From IMG/VR virus record IMGVR_UViG_3300008050_007409: a stretch of 64,000 nucleotides of DNA, one strand, 5' to 3'. The position numbers were made by a program, and so were the translations under genes. Numbering within the stretch: position 1 is the stretch's first letter; every line of letters starts with the position of its first letter. Positions 37,597 through 47,872 of the stretch are shown piece after piece. The stretch is from a virus. A model generated the notes under the pieces. It had not been told where the DNA came from, did not search any database, and saw nothing but the letters and a program-made list of their open reading frames with translations.

Positions 37597-37944
37597 ATGT
37601 CGCGGAAGAAGAAGACTGGCTGGGACTTTGATCCCCAACGACTGGACGAGGTGAGCCTGAGCGAACTCGTCCAGATCGCACGGTACATGGGCCACACCCA
37701 TGCGACCCACCAGGTCCCCCGAGAAGAGCTGGAGAACCTGCTCCTCGGCGAGGACTTCGAGGTGGAAGATCCCCTGGAGATCATCCGGGAGAAGACCCAC
37801 GAATACATCAAGGGCAACGCCGTGTTGCTCTCCACCTTGCGCTGCTCCTCGCATTGCCCCACCTGCCCGCACGAGCGGGTCGTGCACTGCTTCGCGATGA
37901 ACAGCGACCTGATCTTGCCCCCTGAAGAGAACCCCATCACCTGA
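37597..37944 (+). CDS. Hypothetical protein with C-terminal Cys cluster
   Basis: CSSHCPTC...HC. Confidence 0.65.
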   Translation: MSRKKKTGWDFDPQRLDEVSLSELVQIARYMGHTHATHQVPREELENLLLGEDFEVEDPLEIIREKTHEYIKGNAVLLSTLRCSSHCPTCPHERVVHCFAMNSDLILPPEENPIT

Positions 37945-37952
37945 GAGGACCA

Positions 37953-39248
37953 ATGGCTGAAATCACGATCCACACCGAGGTCGCAGACGCCAAGAAGCGC
38001 AAGGAGCAGATCCGTCTGCTCCAGCTTGTCATCGGCTGTGTCGACGGAGACTACATCCGCGCCGTGACCACCATCCGCCGGCCGGAGATCCCGCCCATCA
38101 TCGCCGCCAAGCGCGCTGGACTGTTCGACTACGGGCAGCTCCTGGTCGAGACCTCCGCCGGTCGTCGCTGGCCCCCTGCTGCCGAGGTCCTCGAGGCCAT
38201 CAAGGTCGCCGGCGACGGTGAGCTGACCGTCGAGTCCCCGGAGTGGCTCGCCATCCTGAAGAGCATCGGCATCGACGACGTCGAGAAGGTCCACGACGGC
38301 ACCAAGGTCAAGAGCCCGGAGCACCTCTTCCACCTGGTGACCGAGTTCACCATCCTGGACGACGGCGGCCGGAAGACCAAGCCCATGCGTCGCAAGAAGG
38401 CCGCGCCGAAGAAGAAGGTCGCGCCGAAGGTCGTCGAGGAGGTCGTCGAGGCCCCTGAAGAGGTCGAGGAGGCTCCGCCCGCCGAGGAGAAGCCCAAGGT
38501 CCGGAAGCCTCGTGCCCGCCGGAAGCCGAAGGCTCAGCCCGAGCCGGAGGTCGAGGAGGCGTCCAAGCAGGCGCCCTCCATCGACACCGACGAGCTCATG
38601 GAGCAGATGGCCGGAGCCTTCCAGGCCCTGGACGGGGAGATCTCCAAGAAGATCGACCACGCCACCCAGGAGCTGACCGGCCGCGTGGACGTCTGCCGCG
38701 AGGAGATGGCCCAGGCCCACGGCGGCCTGTTCCGTGCCCTGCAGCTGGTGGCCAAGCTGGGGCTGACCGTCTACCAGCGTCAGGAGGACATCGCCCTCGA
38801 TCCGATGGGCGATGCCGCCGAGCTGTCGGACGACGAGATCTCCGAGCTGGAGGAGCTCGTGGGCTACCAGCTCGACGACCTGCCGGAGGTCGCTCCTGAC
38901 CCCGACGAAGAGGAGGAGGAGGAGGTCGCTCCCGAGGAGGAGGTCGCTCCCGAGGAGGACGACTCTGCTCCCGAGGAGGCCGAGGATGAGGGAGGTGACG
39001 AAGACTCCGACGACGACGTCAACGTCATCGAGCTCTCCGACGAGCACGCGAACATGTCCGACGAGGAGTTCGCTGGACTCATCGCGGACGTGGACGACAT
39101 CGAGGTGAACGACCTCAACATCCTCGACGACTTCAGCGTCGAGAAGATCCGGGCGCTCGCGCTCCGGGTCGGTGTCCCCGGCGCCAAGTCCATCAACCAC
39201 CGCAAGCTGCTGATCACCCGTATCCGCGGCGCCCTCTCTCCGGAGTAG
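37953..39248 (+). CDS. Hypothetical acidic protein with C-terminal Rho-N/HeH-like domain
   Basis: Basic linker, long Asp/Glu tract, then LDDFSVEKIRALALRVGVPGAKSINHRKLLITRI. Confidence 0.7.
   Translation: MAEITIHTEVADAKKRKEQIRLLQLVIGCVDGDYIRAVTTIRRPEIPPIIAAKRAGLFDYGQLLVETSAGRRWPPAAEVLEAIKVAGDGELTVESPEWLAILKSIGIDDVEKVHDGTKVKSPEHLFHLVTEFTILDDGGRKTKPMRRKKAAPKKKVAPKVVEEVVEAPEEVEEAPPAEEKPKVRKPRARRKPKAQPEPEVEEASKQAPSIDTDELMEQMAGAFQALDGEISKKIDHATQELTGRVDVCREEMAQAHGGLFRALQLVAKLGLTVYQRQEDIALDPMGDAAELSDDEISELEELVGYQLDDLPEVAPDPDEEEEEEVAPEEEVAPEEDDSAPEEAEDEGGDEDSDDDVNVIELSDEHANMSDEEFAGLIADVDDIEVNDLNILDDFSVEKIRALALRVGVPGAKSINHRKLLITRIRGALSPE
38916..38957 (+). repeat. 18-bp tandem repeat encoding EEEVAP
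   Basis: gaggaggaggtcgctccc twice plus a partial copy. Confidence 0.75.
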
Positions 39249-39261
39249 GCTGCGATGACGG

Positions 39262-39287
39262 CGCCCCCTCCCAGGCGGGAGGGGGCG
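39262..39287. terminator. Hairpin between convergent operons
   Basis: cgccccctccc-aggc-gggagggggcg, a perfect 11-bp stem where the plus and minus blocks converge. Confidence 0.7.
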
Positions 39288-39647
39288 TCAGTCCTGGTCT
39301 TCTTCGCCCATGGCCCGCTCGAGCACGTCGTCAGGCAGCGTGATCATCAGCCGTAGGAGCTTGCGCAGCTCTGGCGTCTGCGCTGCCCACAGCTCGCGGA
39401 ACTCATCTCCGGAGGCCTGAATGGCCTCCTGCTGGGCGTCCAGCTCCTTCTTCGCCTTCTTCTTCCGGCGCTTGAAGGTGGACTCGGTGATCCGGACAAC
39501 GGTGTCCGACTTCGCGTCGTACCGGGCCAGGCGAGGGGGGATCTCCTCGGAGGCCTGGACGATCTTCTGTCCAGGCTGAGGGACGATGGGGCCCTTGACG
39601 AGGAGGAGGACTTGCTTGGTCGAAGTGTCGACGAGGTAGTCAGTCAT
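39288..39647 (-). CDS. Hypothetical protein (possible tail fibre assembly chaperone, by position)
   Basis: 119-aa ORF at the end of the fibre operon. Confidence 0.6.
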   Translation of the reverse strand: MTDYLVDTSTKQVLLLVKGPIVPQPGQKIVQASEEIPPRLARYDAKSDTVVRITESTFKRRKKKAKKELDAQQEAIQASGDEFRELWAAQTPELRKLLRLMITLPDDVLERAMGEEDQD

Positions 39648-39650
39648 GGA

Positions 39651-41210
39651 TCAACCGTAGAAGACGATGACGTGGTAGTCGCCGCCGTCGAAGACGCTGC
39701 CGAGGTTGCCGCCTGCGAAGTCGCCGTCGATGAAGACGTTGCCGGCCGGGTCCACAGCGACGACGGCCTTGGCGGTGGTGGTGGATGCCCTGTTGAGCTC
39801 AGCCACGTAGAACTTGCCGGCGCCGGCATCCTCGACCTTCACGATCACCCCCTTGATGCCGACGATGCCGGTGGCGATCGTGACGGCCACGGCCGGAGTG
39901 CCGAAGGTGCCTGAGTACTCGGCCCAGCGCATGGAACCGAGGGGAGCTCCGGCGGTGTCGTAGAAGGACAACCCACCGCCAGGGCTGAACTCGAAGCCCT
40001 TCCCAGAGCCCATGTGCTCGAGGCGTAGGTTGCCTGGGGCGAAGCCCTTGAAGCTCCACTGGTTGCCCGCACCGTCGTCGATGAGCAGCTCCCGGATCTC
40101 CAGCGTCCCGTCTGCGTGCAGGATCGTGAAGGGGGTGGGACCTCCTCCAACCTTGGTCTGGAGCACGACGTCGGGGCCGCCTGGCCAGTCCAGCTCGATC
40201 GGCCCCTTGGCAGGTGATCCGGAGATGTCCGGTCCAGCGTCGTAGGCGTCCTGGAAGTCGACGACGCCTGCGTCGCCCTGGGGACCCTGCCCGCCTGAGA
40301 CGTTGATGAACTCGACGTTGGCGCCAACTCCTGGCTCCTTGCCGGCCTTGAACGAGACCATGTGCACGGTGTCGCCAGCAAGGCCAGGTTCGTCGTAGTC
40401 GATGCCGGCGATCTTCACGATTCCGTTGACGTGCACCAGCAGCTGACCAGAGCCATTGATGTACCCGAAGCCTTGATCGTAGACCTCGTAGACGAGCCCC
40501 GTCCCTACCGTCGCCAGGGTGTTGATCGTCACGTTGAAGTTGTCGATCACCTGAGTGATCTGGAAGACTCCATCCCCCTGGATGTGCAGGAAGGACATCG
40601 AGTCCGGCTCACCCAGGGTGTTTGGGATCCAGGTGTTGAACGCCGCCGTCGGGGAGTTGAAGTTGGTGCGATCTCCGATGAGGACGATGCCGTCCGCGGC
40701 CCCTCCGTTCTCCCTTCCGATCGGGTACGGGTGAGGATTCAGACGGCCATCGGAGAGGGTGTCCACCCGATCAGTACCCTGCTCGGATGTGCCGATCAGC
40801 TTCGACTCACCGTGGTTGAAGATCGTCCCGTCCCTGACGTAGAGGCGGTCGTCCAAGCCTCTGAGAGCGATGGGGATGATGTCGTCGGCGTTGAAGATCG
40901 AGTTGGCGATGTCGTCTGTGATCATGAAAGTCGCAGACGGGCCCGACCTGTCTACGATGATCCTGGCCGTCTTCCCTGCTACGTCCAGCCCGCCGACAGC
41001 TCCGGCGGGGATGGTGTGCGTCCCGACGCTCTGGACGTAGATCGTGATCTCATCGGTCCAGGAGAGGTTGTTCGTGGAGGCGTCCCACGTCCACGTCCCT
41101 CCACCTGTGATGAAGATCCCCCTGTCCTGTCGGGTGTTGACGATGGACTCGGCGTCCTTGGTCTGGCTACGGCCCAGCGTCGCCGGCTCTGTGGTGCTCG
41201 GAGAAGACAT
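39651..41210 (-). CDS. Tail fibre / receptor-binding-like structural protein
   Basis: Gly-rich beta sequence, GQLLVHVNGIVKIAGIDYDE module and a short collagen-like GQGPQGDAG. The N-terminus resembles repeats in the upstream gene (GGGTWTWD). Confidence 0.6.
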   Translation of the reverse strand: MSSPSTTEPATLGRSQTKDAESIVNTRQDRGIFITGGGTWTWDASTNNLSWTDEITIYVQSVGTHTIPAGAVGGLDVAGKTARIIVDRSGPSATFMITDDIANSIFNADDIIPIALRGLDDRLYVRDGTIFNHGESKLIGTSEQGTDRVDTLSDGRLNPHPYPIGRENGGAADGIVLIGDRTNFNSPTAAFNTWIPNTLGEPDSMSFLHIQGDGVFQITQVIDNFNVTINTLATVGTGLVYEVYDQGFGYINGSGQLLVHVNGIVKIAGIDYDEPGLAGDTVHMVSFKAGKEPGVGANVEFINVSGGQGPQGDAGVVDFQDAYDAGPDISGSPAKGPIELDWPGGPDVVLQTKVGGGPTPFTILHADGTLEIRELLIDDGAGNQWSFKGFAPGNLRLEHMGSGKGFEFSPGGGLSFYDTAGAPLGSMRWAEYSGTFGTPAVAVTIATGIVGIKGVIVKVEDAGAGKFYVAELNRASTTTAKAVVAVDPAGNVFIDGDFAGGNLGSVFDGGDYHVIVFYG

Positions 41211-43669
41211 CAGGCTGTCCAGAGGCTGGTGTTGGTGCTGTAGCGGCCTTCGACGTACCCGGTCAGCCAGACACCCTCGAAGGAGTCGAACTCACCGCCG
41301 CTCCCTGGATCCTCCAGCTCCCAGATCCAGTCCCCGCTGTCGCTCAGACCGATCTCGAACTCGTGCGTGTAGTACCGGCCCGCCACCAGATTCATGGTGT
41401 GCATCCGGTAGGACGTCGCCTCCTGCCCGTAGCGCATTTCGATGTCGCCAGAGGTCGAGGCATGCAGCTTCATCAGCACACGGACGGCGGCCACACCGGA
41501 GTCTGGGATGTCGGTGCCTGGGACCGGCGTGACTGTCTCCTGGGAGCCCAGAGACAGCGTGGTCGGAGAGGAGAGCTCCGAGCCCTGGGTGTAGATGTGG
41601 ACCTGGCTGCCGATCTTGGTGAACAGCGTGAACTTGCTGACCGCGTTGACGTAGACGCTGGTGAGGAACAGGTAGCTCGAGTCGCTGGGGTGCTTACCGT
41701 CGACCGGCGCCGTCAGGGAGAGCTCTCCCTCTGGTCGTCCTCCCGGAGAGGCCCCTGCCGTGATGTAGACGTAGTGCCAGGTCGAAGCCGTCAACACGTC
41801 CGACCCGTACATGTCCGTAGTGTCCACGTTGATCAGCGACGTGGTGCTGTCGGAGATGTAGGTGACCCCGCCGATCACTGCCTTGCCGTAGCCGACTCGG
41901 ATCCGAGTGTTCGTCTTCGTCTTGATGACGTCGAAGCCCTCCAGGCGGGAGGTCTGCTTCAGCGTAGCCATGATGTTGGTGGCGTCCGGATCTTCGGCTC
42001 CAGTGAGGGCCGCGGCGAGGTCGCTGTCCACGTCGGAGAGGTGGGACAGCTGAGCGCTCAGACCGATATGGATCTCCCCTGGAATGGAGTCGTCCAGGTT
42101 GATGCCGGCGTTCTGGTGGAAGGAGAGAGCCCCTGTCTGAGCCCCCTGAGATCCACCATCGACCTCGATGCTCGCGACTCCTGCCGCGACAGTGGCAGTG
42201 ATCACGATGGAGTTGTTGCCGTAGTCGTAGGCCAGGCTGACGCCTGATCCCGACTCGATCTTCACGTCACCATCGAGGGTTGCTCCGCCGAGGCCCTGGA
42301 TGCCTACGGAGTCGACCGGGCTCGGCCCCTCCCCCTGCAGACCAACGAAGGCTTCGAGCCAGTCGTTGGTCTGCGGCCAGCTGTAGGGGATCGCATGTGT
42401 CGCGGCTGGGTGGTAGGCGGGCTCGGACACGGCCTGGCCGTCAGCCAGGAAGACGATCTTGGAGCCGGTGCTGCTACCCTCGTCCACCTCGAGGTAGCGG
42501 TCTCCGTCGTCGAGAGATCCGACCAGAGATCCTGACGGGTAGGAGCCAGACCAGTAGGCGTCGCTGCCCTTCACCTTCTGCCCGTTCATGTAGACCATGA
42601 GCGAGCCGTCGCCGACCTTGTAGTCGCGCTCTGGGTAGGTGCCGCCTTCGGTGAGGTCGTAGACCTGGGTGGCGTCTCCGTAGGCCCGGTACATGAACTC
42701 CACGCCAGAGCTCACACCACCCAGTCGGCGGCGATCTCCGTCGCTGAGTGCGGTTCCGTCCCAGAGGTAGATGCGGCCGTCGACTGCGTCGTGGTAGGCC
42801 AGAACGAAGACGTTGTCGCCCAGGCTCACTGACCCATCTGCGACAGCCGAGAGGGTACCGGAAACGTCCACCGCAGACCCGGGAGCCCTGGTGAGCGTTA
42901 GGACCAGGAACTCTCCGGCGGCCACGGTGGCGTTCCCGGCTGGAATTCGGTTGTTCCCTGCGTAGGCGGGGAACGAGAGCACGAGCTGAGCATCCCAGGT
43001 GAGGAGCTCCGCCGTCTCGTCCCAGGTGATGAACCCGCCGCCGTGCAGGAGGAACTGGAGGTTCTCCTTCTGGTTGGTGTGGACCAGGGTGAGCTCGGAC
43101 TGCTGCCCGTACTGCGTGTCGGTGAAGCCGTTGGCCGTGAGGCTCTCACCTGTGAGGATCCGCCGACCGTCCCAGAGCACCAGGCCGTTCGCGTCCCGGT
43201 AGGCCAGGAGCTGGTAGTCGAGCCTGTCGGTGTTCCCCGTCACCAGGGTCACGAAGGCCAGCATGTTGGCCGAGATCCCGATGGTGGGGTTGGCGCCGTT
43301 GGTCTCCCGATCCAGGACGCAGTAGGCGATGTTCCCGGCACTGGCCAGGGTGATCGCTGTCGCCGAGGCGATCACGTTGTTGTTGGCACCTCCGAGCTCG
43401 TTGAGCATCTTGAGGGTGAGATCGGCCGTCCTGGTGAAGGAGCCCGAGACGTGATCCCAGGCCAGCGTGCCGCCGCCGGCGATGACCATGTTCCGGTCGG
43501 TCTGCAGCACGTCGAGCAGGGCGTCGATGCTGCGTGCCAGGCGCTGGGCGATCCGGTTGGTACCCGTGGCGCTGGAGAGACTCCCTGACTCGAGCTTCTC
43601 GCCGTACCCGATGAACTCGGACGCGGCCAGCATCTCGGCGTAGGTGCGAAGCTGGTCAGAGGTGCTCAT
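41210..43669 (-). CDS. Tail fibre / baseplate-attached structural protein
   Basis: Duplicated GGG(T/F)(L/I)xWD...WDG domains and a GSLMVYMNGQK module; acidic and beta-rich. Confidence 0.62.
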   Translation of the reverse strand: MSTSDQLRTYAEMLAASEFIGYGEKLESGSLSSATGTNRIAQRLARSIDALLDVLQTDRNMVIAGGGTLAWDHVSGSFTRTADLTLKMLNELGGANNNVIASATAITLASAGNIAYCVLDRETNGANPTIGISANMLAFVTLVTGNTDRLDYQLLAYRDANGLVLWDGRRILTGESLTANGFTDTQYGQQSELTLVHTNQKENLQFLLHGGGFITWDETAELLTWDAQLVLSFPAYAGNNRIPAGNATVAAGEFLVLTLTRAPGSAVDVSGTLSAVADGSVSLGDNVFVLAYHDAVDGRIYLWDGTALSDGDRRRLGGVSSGVEFMYRAYGDATQVYDLTEGGTYPERDYKVGDGSLMVYMNGQKVKGSDAYWSGSYPSGSLVGSLDDGDRYLEVDEGSSTGSKIVFLADGQAVSEPAYHPAATHAIPYSWPQTNDWLEAFVGLQGEGPSPVDSVGIQGLGGATLDGDVKIESGSGVSLAYDYGNNSIVITATVAAGVASIEVDGGSQGAQTGALSFHQNAGINLDDSIPGEIHIGLSAQLSHLSDVDSDLAAALTGAEDPDATNIMATLKQTSRLEGFDVIKTKTNTRIRVGYGKAVIGGVTYISDSTTSLINVDTTDMYGSDVLTASTWHYVYITAGASPGGRPEGELSLTAPVDGKHPSDSSYLFLTSVYVNAVSKFTLFTKIGSQVHIYTQGSELSSPTTLSLGSQETVTPVPGTDIPDSGVAAVRVLMKLHASTSGDIEMRYGQEATSYRMHTMNLVAGRYYTHEFEIGLSDSGDWIWELEDPGSGGEFDSFEGVWLTGYVEGRYSTNTSLWTA

Positions 43670-43672
43670 TGA

Positions 43673-44254
43673 TCAGAACCTGAGCGTCCAGCGGAGCTGG
43701 AGCGTGAAGTCGTTGTTCTTCGTGAAGGCCGTGAAGGTCTTCCGGGCGTAGGGGTGCGTGCCGTCGTTGCTCCAGAGCATGGCCTCGGAGATGGTCTGGT
43801 TGACCTCGGACTCGCTCCACTGCGCCACGAAGGTGACGTAGGGGTTGGTGCCGTCGAACTCGACCTCGGTGACCGCCTTCGCGGAGTCTGGCGTGAGGGC
43901 CGTGTCGAGCTCGCTGTCGGAGCTGGCCTCGGCCGTGGTCCCGGAGCCCAGCTCGATGTTGCCGATCTTGTAGTCGTCGCCGCTCAGGTTCCCCGTGAAG
44001 GTCGAGGGGACGATGAGCCGACGCATGATGTCGCGGCCGGAGTAGGGAGGTCCGCCCACGAAGCCTGTGACCACGTTGCGGCCAAAGACCGGACGCCAGA
44101 TCCGCTTCTTCTCGCGGTGGTGCACCTCCCCGGTGTCCTTGTGGATGAGGAGGATCTCGACCCAGCCACGGGGTCGGAAGTTGTCGAGCAGGGCGTCTGC
44201 GTCCTTGCGGAACTCCCTGACCCACTCACTGATCTTCTGGAGCAGTCTTCGCAT
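43673..44254 (-). CDS. Baseplate / tail-fibre attachment protein
   Basis: IELGSGTTAEASSDSEL...EVNQTISEAML...ARKTF..FTK...LRWTL resembles tail-collar fibre N-terminal domains. Likely start is ATG 44254. Confidence 0.65.
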   Translation of the reverse strand: MRRLLQKISEWVREFRKDADALLDNFRPRGWVEILLIHKDTGEVHHREKKRIWRPVFGRNVVTGFVGGPPYSGRDIMRRLIVPSTFTGNLSGDDYKIGNIELGSGTTAEASSDSELDTALTPDSAKAVTEVEFDGTNPYVTFVAQWSESEVNQTISEAMLWSNDGTHPYARKTFTAFTKNNDFTLQLRWTLRF

Positions 44255-44392
44255 CGTCCTTCTTCCGCGGGAGGTTGGGGGAGGCGTGCTCCCGCTTGTC
44301 GTCCTTGTAGATACCCGAGTGGGGCTCTCCTCGCCGTAGCAGCCTGATCTGGAGAGTATCACCTCGAGGCTTGAGGAGGTCAGCGAGCTTCA

Positions 44393-47300
44393 TCAGATCG
44401 GCTCCGCAACAGTGTCCGAAAGCTGGCCGCCGGCGGTGCCGTTCCAGTCGGTGAAGTTCTGGCTGCCACTGGGTAGCCCGACAGCCAGAGGAAGAACACC
44501 ATCTCGCCGGATGGCCTGCGTGGTTCCAGAGTTACCTGAGTAACTGGAAGTCAGCGTGATGTTGACTCCTGAGATCGTCAAGATCTCCGCCACAGGTTCC
44601 CCGCCAGGAACCGACTGAATCCAGTCGCCCACGGCGAGCTCGCCAGTCCCGGTGGCGGAGAGGTCAGAGCTGCAGACCACGGCGCCCGAGCTGTTGGCGA
44701 AAAGCAGGGTGTCCGAGAGGACATTGGCGGCGATGTAGGCCCGCACCAAGGTCTGATCTTCAGTAGCGACCGGAGTGACCTGGATGCTGTCGTTGTCGAT
44801 GATCGAGGTGACCTCGTGCCAGGTCCCGTCCCTGGCCACGATGAACTTGTCCGTGGTCGAGCTGTTGTCGTGGACCTCCCAGTCCTCCCCGGAGAGGCCC
44901 GCGAAATCGGCATCGTAGGCGAACTTGAGATTCTCGTCGTCCGTGACCTCCGTGATAGTCACGTAGCCTACGGCTCCGATCTTCAGCCGGGTCAGGTTGG
45001 TCGGGGGAGTCGCGGCGCCTCCGTTGGGGATCGAGGTGAGGAAGTTCTCCCCGGTCACGGTGAAAGTGATGGGACCAGAGCCCGGACTGTCGGTGTCGCC
45101 ATCCCCAGAGCCAGAGTCCCTGAGCAGGCCGAGCTCCGTGATGTACTCGACGTTCCCGTTCCCCTCGACACCAGCCGAGAACTCCGTAAAGGTCGAGCGG
45201 CCCGTCAGATGATCCTCTCCGTAGCCAACCGAGAGATCCACCACGAACGTGAACTCCTCCTCCGGGCACTGCTCGAGGAACTGGTCGTGGAAGGCTTCTC
45301 GGTAGTCCGGGTCCAGCAGCGTGAGCTGGTAGACCCCGTCGCTGCCTCCGAAGACCGTGTTGAAGGTCAGGGCGTCGTCGGCGCCGACGTTGGACACCTC
45401 GCCCCAGATCTTGAGCTGCCCTGTCGTGAGCCAGGCGACGCCGGTATCATCATCAGTCAGAGGTGCGTCCAGCGTGACCTCCGTGGAGCTGTCCACGGAC
45501 TGCACCTCGTACTCGGTGCCGTCGATGGTCATCATGTCGCCGTCTTCGACGCCTGCGAAGCCCGTCACTGTGTCGGTGAAGGTGTTGGATCCCGATGTCG
45601 CGACGCCGTCTGCCCCGGAGAGCTGCAGGGCGACGGCGACGTAGGTGTTGGTCAACGCCCCGGACCCGATCTCAGTAGTCCAGGCTGTCCCTACGCCAGC
45701 TCCGGCTCCTGAGCCGTTGGTGAGGGTGGCCGTGCCCGTCAGGTAGTACCTGACCTCGGAGTCGCTGTAGACGCCCTGGAGCTGGGCGGAGGTGTAGTCC
45801 TTGCCCGTCTCCCGCATGGCCGCGGAGGTCTCTCCCCACTCGTCCACGCCTTGATCGTACTTCCAGTCAGCCTCCTCCCCCTCGTAGATCGCGTCGTCGT
45901 AGGCCACCAGAGGAGGCTCGTCGCAGGGGATGTCGTAGAGGTTCAGGGCCAGGACGAACTTCAGCTCGTCGTCCAGGTCGACCTCGTCGGTCACGTCCTT
46001 GTGGACGACGAACAGCGCGGACTTCCAGGTGGGCTTGATCGTCTCCACGAAGGACGCGGCGCCTGAGAGGTCCTCGATGTCGAAGGCGTCGATGTTGAGG
46101 AACACCGCGAAGGTGTGGAACTTCTCCACCTCGTGCAGATCGAAGTGGATGAACCACTCCGGACGGGAGAGGTAGTCCTTGATCTGCACCCCGTCGCAGA
46201 GGGGCTGGAAGGCCTTGACCTCGTCCCCCACGACCAACGAAGTCCCCACCAGCAGCGGGTAGAGGTAGCCTGTGCCGTCGATGGTGAGCTCACCGTAGTC
46301 GCCGGAGTAGGCCTCGTTGATGGAGTCGACCTCCCCCGCCTCCTCGGCGATGGGCAGGCCCAGGAGGATCTGCACTCCGGCCTTGATGGAGCTCGGGGTC
46401 GGGCCCTGGTAGTAGGCGTAGTAGAGCCCGCGGACCTTGGAGCGGTAGGTGGCGCTGGACTCCTCGTTGCCCAGGCCCACGTGGGCGCCGAAGTTGTTGT
46501 AGAGCACGTCCTCGTCGTAGGTGCTGTACTCAGCCCACATCGCCGAGGCCGGCGGCTCCTTGAACTGGAAGGCTGATCCGACCACCTCGAAGTCCGTCCC
46601 CTCGTAGAGGTAGACCTCTGGCGTGGTGACCTGGTCCTGCAGGATGGGGGCGGACAGGAGCGTCTCCTCGACGGTCGGATCGAAGTAGATCCAGGTGTCC
46701 GTGTAGCCGGTCAGGGCCTTCCTCCGTGCCTTGGTCGGGATCGAGCCGCCGAACAGCGTGCCCCCAGACCCGTCTGAGACGTAGCGCAGATCGATGGCGG
46801 CCGTGCCGAACTGGTCCACGGTGAAGGTCGGATCTCCAGCCAGGTTGGGGAGGTCCAGAGACACGCTGGTCCTCTGGAGCTTGCCCACGATGGAGTAGGT
46901 GATCCCCGAGCTTCCTGCGGGCAGAGACGAAGAGGCCACGACCAGGGTGCCGCCGGCGACCGTCACGATCTCGTACTCGTCGGTGTCAATGATCAGCGTG
47001 TCTCCGGCGACTACGCCGTCGTCGTCGAAGTCCTGACTCGAGTCGGAGAAGCCCGCGGTGTAGATGTCCGAGGAGTCGGTCGAGTCACACTCCCCTTCGG
47101 TGCCCGTGGCCTTCTCGGCCTCGAGCTCGTGAAGGGTCAGGGTCAGGATCCCGTCCTTCGCCTCGTAGCTGGCCTCGAAGCTGTACTCGGTGTCGATCGC
47201 CATCTCCCAGGAGCCGGTGGTGCTGGTGAGCACTCCGATCTGGGAGTAGTGCCCGACGAAGGGGAAGAGCACGCCGTCCCCGTCCGCCACGGCGCCGACG

Positions 47301-47872
47301 ACCAAGGCGTTGGCGATGGCGTTCTTGTCGGTCGAGCTGAAGTAGCCGAACTGCGCCCCGGACCAGATCGACACCTCCGAGAAGGAGGCTGTCACCGACC
47401 AGGAGAGCGAACCATCCTGGGTGGAGGATCCGTTCAGAGCTGTCGTGGACTTGTCGTGGCCGCGCCTGTTGACCCAAGAGCCGTCCAGGCGGAAGTAGGT
47501 CCCGTCCCACTCCAGTCGATTAGAGACACCGACCGTCGTCAGTCCTGGATCCTTCGTGAAGGTCTCCGTCTTGATCAGGTCGTAGAGGATCCACTTCCGC
47601 TGCTGATGGACCGGGATGTCCTTCAGGGAGTAGGACGCGCCGGCCTGCCAGGCGTCGAGCATCAGGCCGGAGGTCGTCCTGATCATGGCCTCCCAGGAGT
47701 GGGTGAAGACCTCCCGGTCGTCCATGAGGGCGCGGTAGGCGGAGGGCAGGAGCTGCCAGATGAACTCCCCGCTGACCTCGTCGGCGTAGACCGGGTCGTA
47801 GCCCTTCTGGGCATCGGAGATGGTGGACTCAACGGTTGATCCACCGAAGTCCCCGCCGAGGAAGTACGCCAT
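44393..47872 (-). CDS. Large baseplate wedge-like protein
   Basis: ESSATYRSKVRGLYYAYYQGPT...IKPTW wedge-like segments plus several beta-repeats; very acidic. Confidence 0.65.
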   Translation of the reverse strand: MAYFLGGDFGGSTVESTISDAQKGYDPVYADEVSGEFIWQLLPSAYRALMDDREVFTHSWEAMIRTTSGLMLDAWQAGASYSLKDIPVHQQRKWILYDLIKTETFTKDPGLTTVGVSNRLEWDGTYFRLDGSWVNRRGHDKSTTALNGSSTQDGSLSWSVTASFSEVSIWSGAQFGYFSSTDKNAIANALVVGAVADGDGVLFPFVGHYSQIGVLTSTTGSWEMAIDTEYSFEASYEAKDGILTLTLHELEAEKATGTEGECDSTDSSDIYTAGFSDSSQDFDDDGVVAGDTLIIDTDEYEIVTVAGGTLVVASSSLPAGSSGITYSIVGKLQRTSVSLDLPNLAGDPTFTVDQFGTAAIDLRYVSDGSGGTLFGGSIPTKARRKALTGYTDTWIYFDPTVEETLLSAPILQDQVTTPEVYLYEGTDFEVVGSAFQFKEPPASAMWAEYSTYDEDVLYNNFGAHVGLGNEESSATYRSKVRGLYYAYYQGPTPSSIKAGVQILLGLPIAEEAGEVDSINEAYSGDYGELTIDGTGYLYPLLVGTSLVVGDEVKAFQPLCDGVQIKDYLSRPEWFIHFDLHEVEKFHTFAVFLNIDAFDIEDLSGAASFVETIKPTWKSALFVVHKDVTDEVDLDDELKFVLALNLYDIPCDEPPLVAYDDAIYEGEEADWKYDQGVDEWGETSAAMRETGKDYTSAQLQGVYSDSEVRYYLTGTATLTNGSGAGAGVGTAWTTEIGSGALTNTYVAVALQLSGADGVATSGSNTFTDTVTGFAGVEDGDMMTIDGTEYEVQSVDSSTEVTLDAPLTDDDTGVAWLTTGQLKIWGEVSNVGADDALTFNTVFGGSDGVYQLTLLDPDYREAFHDQFLEQCPEEEFTFVVDLSVGYGEDHLTGRSTFTEFSAGVEGNGNVEYITELGLLRDSGSGDGDTDSPGSGPITFTVTGENFLTSIPNGGAATPPTNLTRLKIGAVGYVTITEVTDDENLKFAYDADFAGLSGEDWEVHDNSSTTDKFIVARDGTWHEVTSIIDNDSIQVTPVATEDQTLVRAYIAANVLSDTLLFANSSGAVVCSSDLSATGTGELAVGDWIQSVPGGEPVAEILTISGVNITLTSSYSGNSGTTQAIRRDGVLPLAVGLPSGSQNFTDWNGTAGGQLSDTVAEPI

